Below, one piece after another: positions 63,178 through 64,000 of a DNA stretch of 64,000 nucleotides. The position numbers were made by a program, and so were the translations under genes. The stretch is from the NCBI GenBank assembly GCA_041581135.1, contig JBFGCM010000003.1, positions 9,479 to 73,478 on the forward strand. The letters are read 5' to 3'. Every line of letters starts with the position of its first letter. Within the stretch, counting starts at the first letter, position 1. The DNA is from Acidimicrobiia bacterium (GTDB lineage Bacteria > Actinomycetota > Acidimicrobiia > Spongiisociales > UBA5794). The notes beneath the pieces were generated by a model. The model was not told where the DNA came from, did no database searches, and worked only from the letters and a program-made list of their open reading frames with translations.

Positions 63178-64000
63178 TCATCCGCGGTTGCGGCGACCGG
63201 TGCGCCGCCGGATTCGCTCGCCCTCGGCGGCGGGCTCGCGATGCGCCGCGATCCATGCAGCGCACTCGGCGTCGTTGCCCATGAGCACGTCCGCCGCCAT
63301 CACGGCCTCCTTGACGTTGGCGTGGAGCGGATTGGTGATCGCCGACGTCATGCCGGCGGCGATGGCCATGGACAGGAACGCGCCGTTGATGCCCTCGCGA
63401 TGGGGGAGGCCGAAGCTGATGTTGGAGGCCCCACACGTGGTGTTGACCTGGAGCTCCTCGCGAAGCCGCCGCACTAGCCGGAACACCTGCCGGCCGGCGT
63501 ACCGCAGCGCACCGATGGGCATCACCAGCGGGTCGACGACGACGTCTTCTGAGGGGATGCCGTGGTCGGCGGCCCGGTTCACGATCTTGCGTGCCACCTC
63601 GAACCGAACGTCCGGGTCTTCCGAGATACCGGTCTCGTCGTTGGAGATGGCCACCACGGCGGCGCCATGTTTGGCGACGAGGGGCAGGACGCGTTCCATG
63701 ACCTCGTCCTCACCGGTGACGGAGTTGACCAGGGCCTTGCCCTCGTAGACGGCGAGCCCGGCTTCGAGCGCCTCGACGATGGAGGAGTCGATCGACAGTG
63801 GAACGTCGGTCAGCGACTGCACCAGTTTGACGGTGGAGGCCAGGATCGCCGGCTCGTCGGCGAGGGGGATGCCGGCGTTGACGTCCAGCATGTGAGCCCC
63901 GGCGGCCACCTGGGCGTGGGTGTCGGCCTCGACCCGGCTGAAGTCGCCGGCTTTCATCTCGGCGGCGAGCGCCTTCCGGCCGGTGGGGTTGATGCGCTCG
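63178..64000 (-). CDS. pterin-binding methyltransferase (methyl-THF:corrinoid methyltransferase, MetH/AcsE/MtgA-like domain); 5' end outside window
   Basis: The frame is open to the window edge. Motifs GAHMLDVNAG, SIDSS, LVNSVTGE and ISFGLP are typical of the pterin-binding (DHPS-like) barrel. The stop lies 1 nt before the RACo start. Confidence 0.85.
   Translation of the reverse strand, partial: ERINPTGRKALAAEMKAGDFSRVEADTHAQVAAGAHMLDVNAGIPLADEPAILASTVKLVQSLTDVPLSIDSSIVEALEAGLAVYEGKALVNSVTGEDEVMERVLPLVAKHGAAVVAISNDETGISEDPDVRFEVARKIVNRAADHGIPSEDVVVDPLVMPIGALRYAGRQVFRLVRRLREELQVNTTCGASNISFGLPHREGINGAFLSMAIAAGMTSAITNPLHANVKEAVMAADVLMGNDAECAAWIAAHREPAAEGERIRRRTGRRNRG

Overview
This is a high-GC chromosomal segment with strong GC3 bias and many long spurious antisense ORFs. 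It looks actinobacterial, possibly Acidimicrobiia-like, but that is inference from protein families only. It is gene-dense, with about 50 supportable CDS. I recognised no rRNA, tRNA, CRISPR array, transposase or integrase. Housekeeping and metabolic genes: metY (partial), 5'-3' exonuclease, SRAP/YedK, proC, pspA, malEFG plus glgA plus a GH13 amylase, the actinobacterial-type 2-oxoglutarate dehydrogenase kgd, glutaryl-CoA dehydrogenase, and a corrinoid-dependent MttB-family methyltransferase operon. Regulatory modules: two ECF sigma/anti-sigma pairs, and a SigB/F-type partner-switching set (STAS, RsbW-like, sigma, HATPase-GAF-GAF-PP2C). Features most worth a second look: (1) a Tat-signal protein built of four about 145-aa cysteine-rich repeats of a domain I cannot name, co-oriented with a TlpA-like thiol:disulfide oxidoreductase. 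(2) A 2661-aa secreted protein fusing a complete S8 subtilase and a complete M6 (InhA-like) metalloprotease, directly downstream of an ECF sigma/anti-sigma pair. (3) A membrane HD-GYP protein carrying a long Thr-rich linker and cadherin-like modules. (4) A three-member family of about 60-nt hairpin-forming intergenic repeats, one copy of which is expanded into a (GTCYGAA)9 microsatellite. Two same-orientation copies bracket a VOC plus DUF222-HNH gene pair. (5) A 53-bp tandem duplication spanning the 3' ends of two convergent genes. All functional calls rest on motifs read from the translations; no database search was possible.
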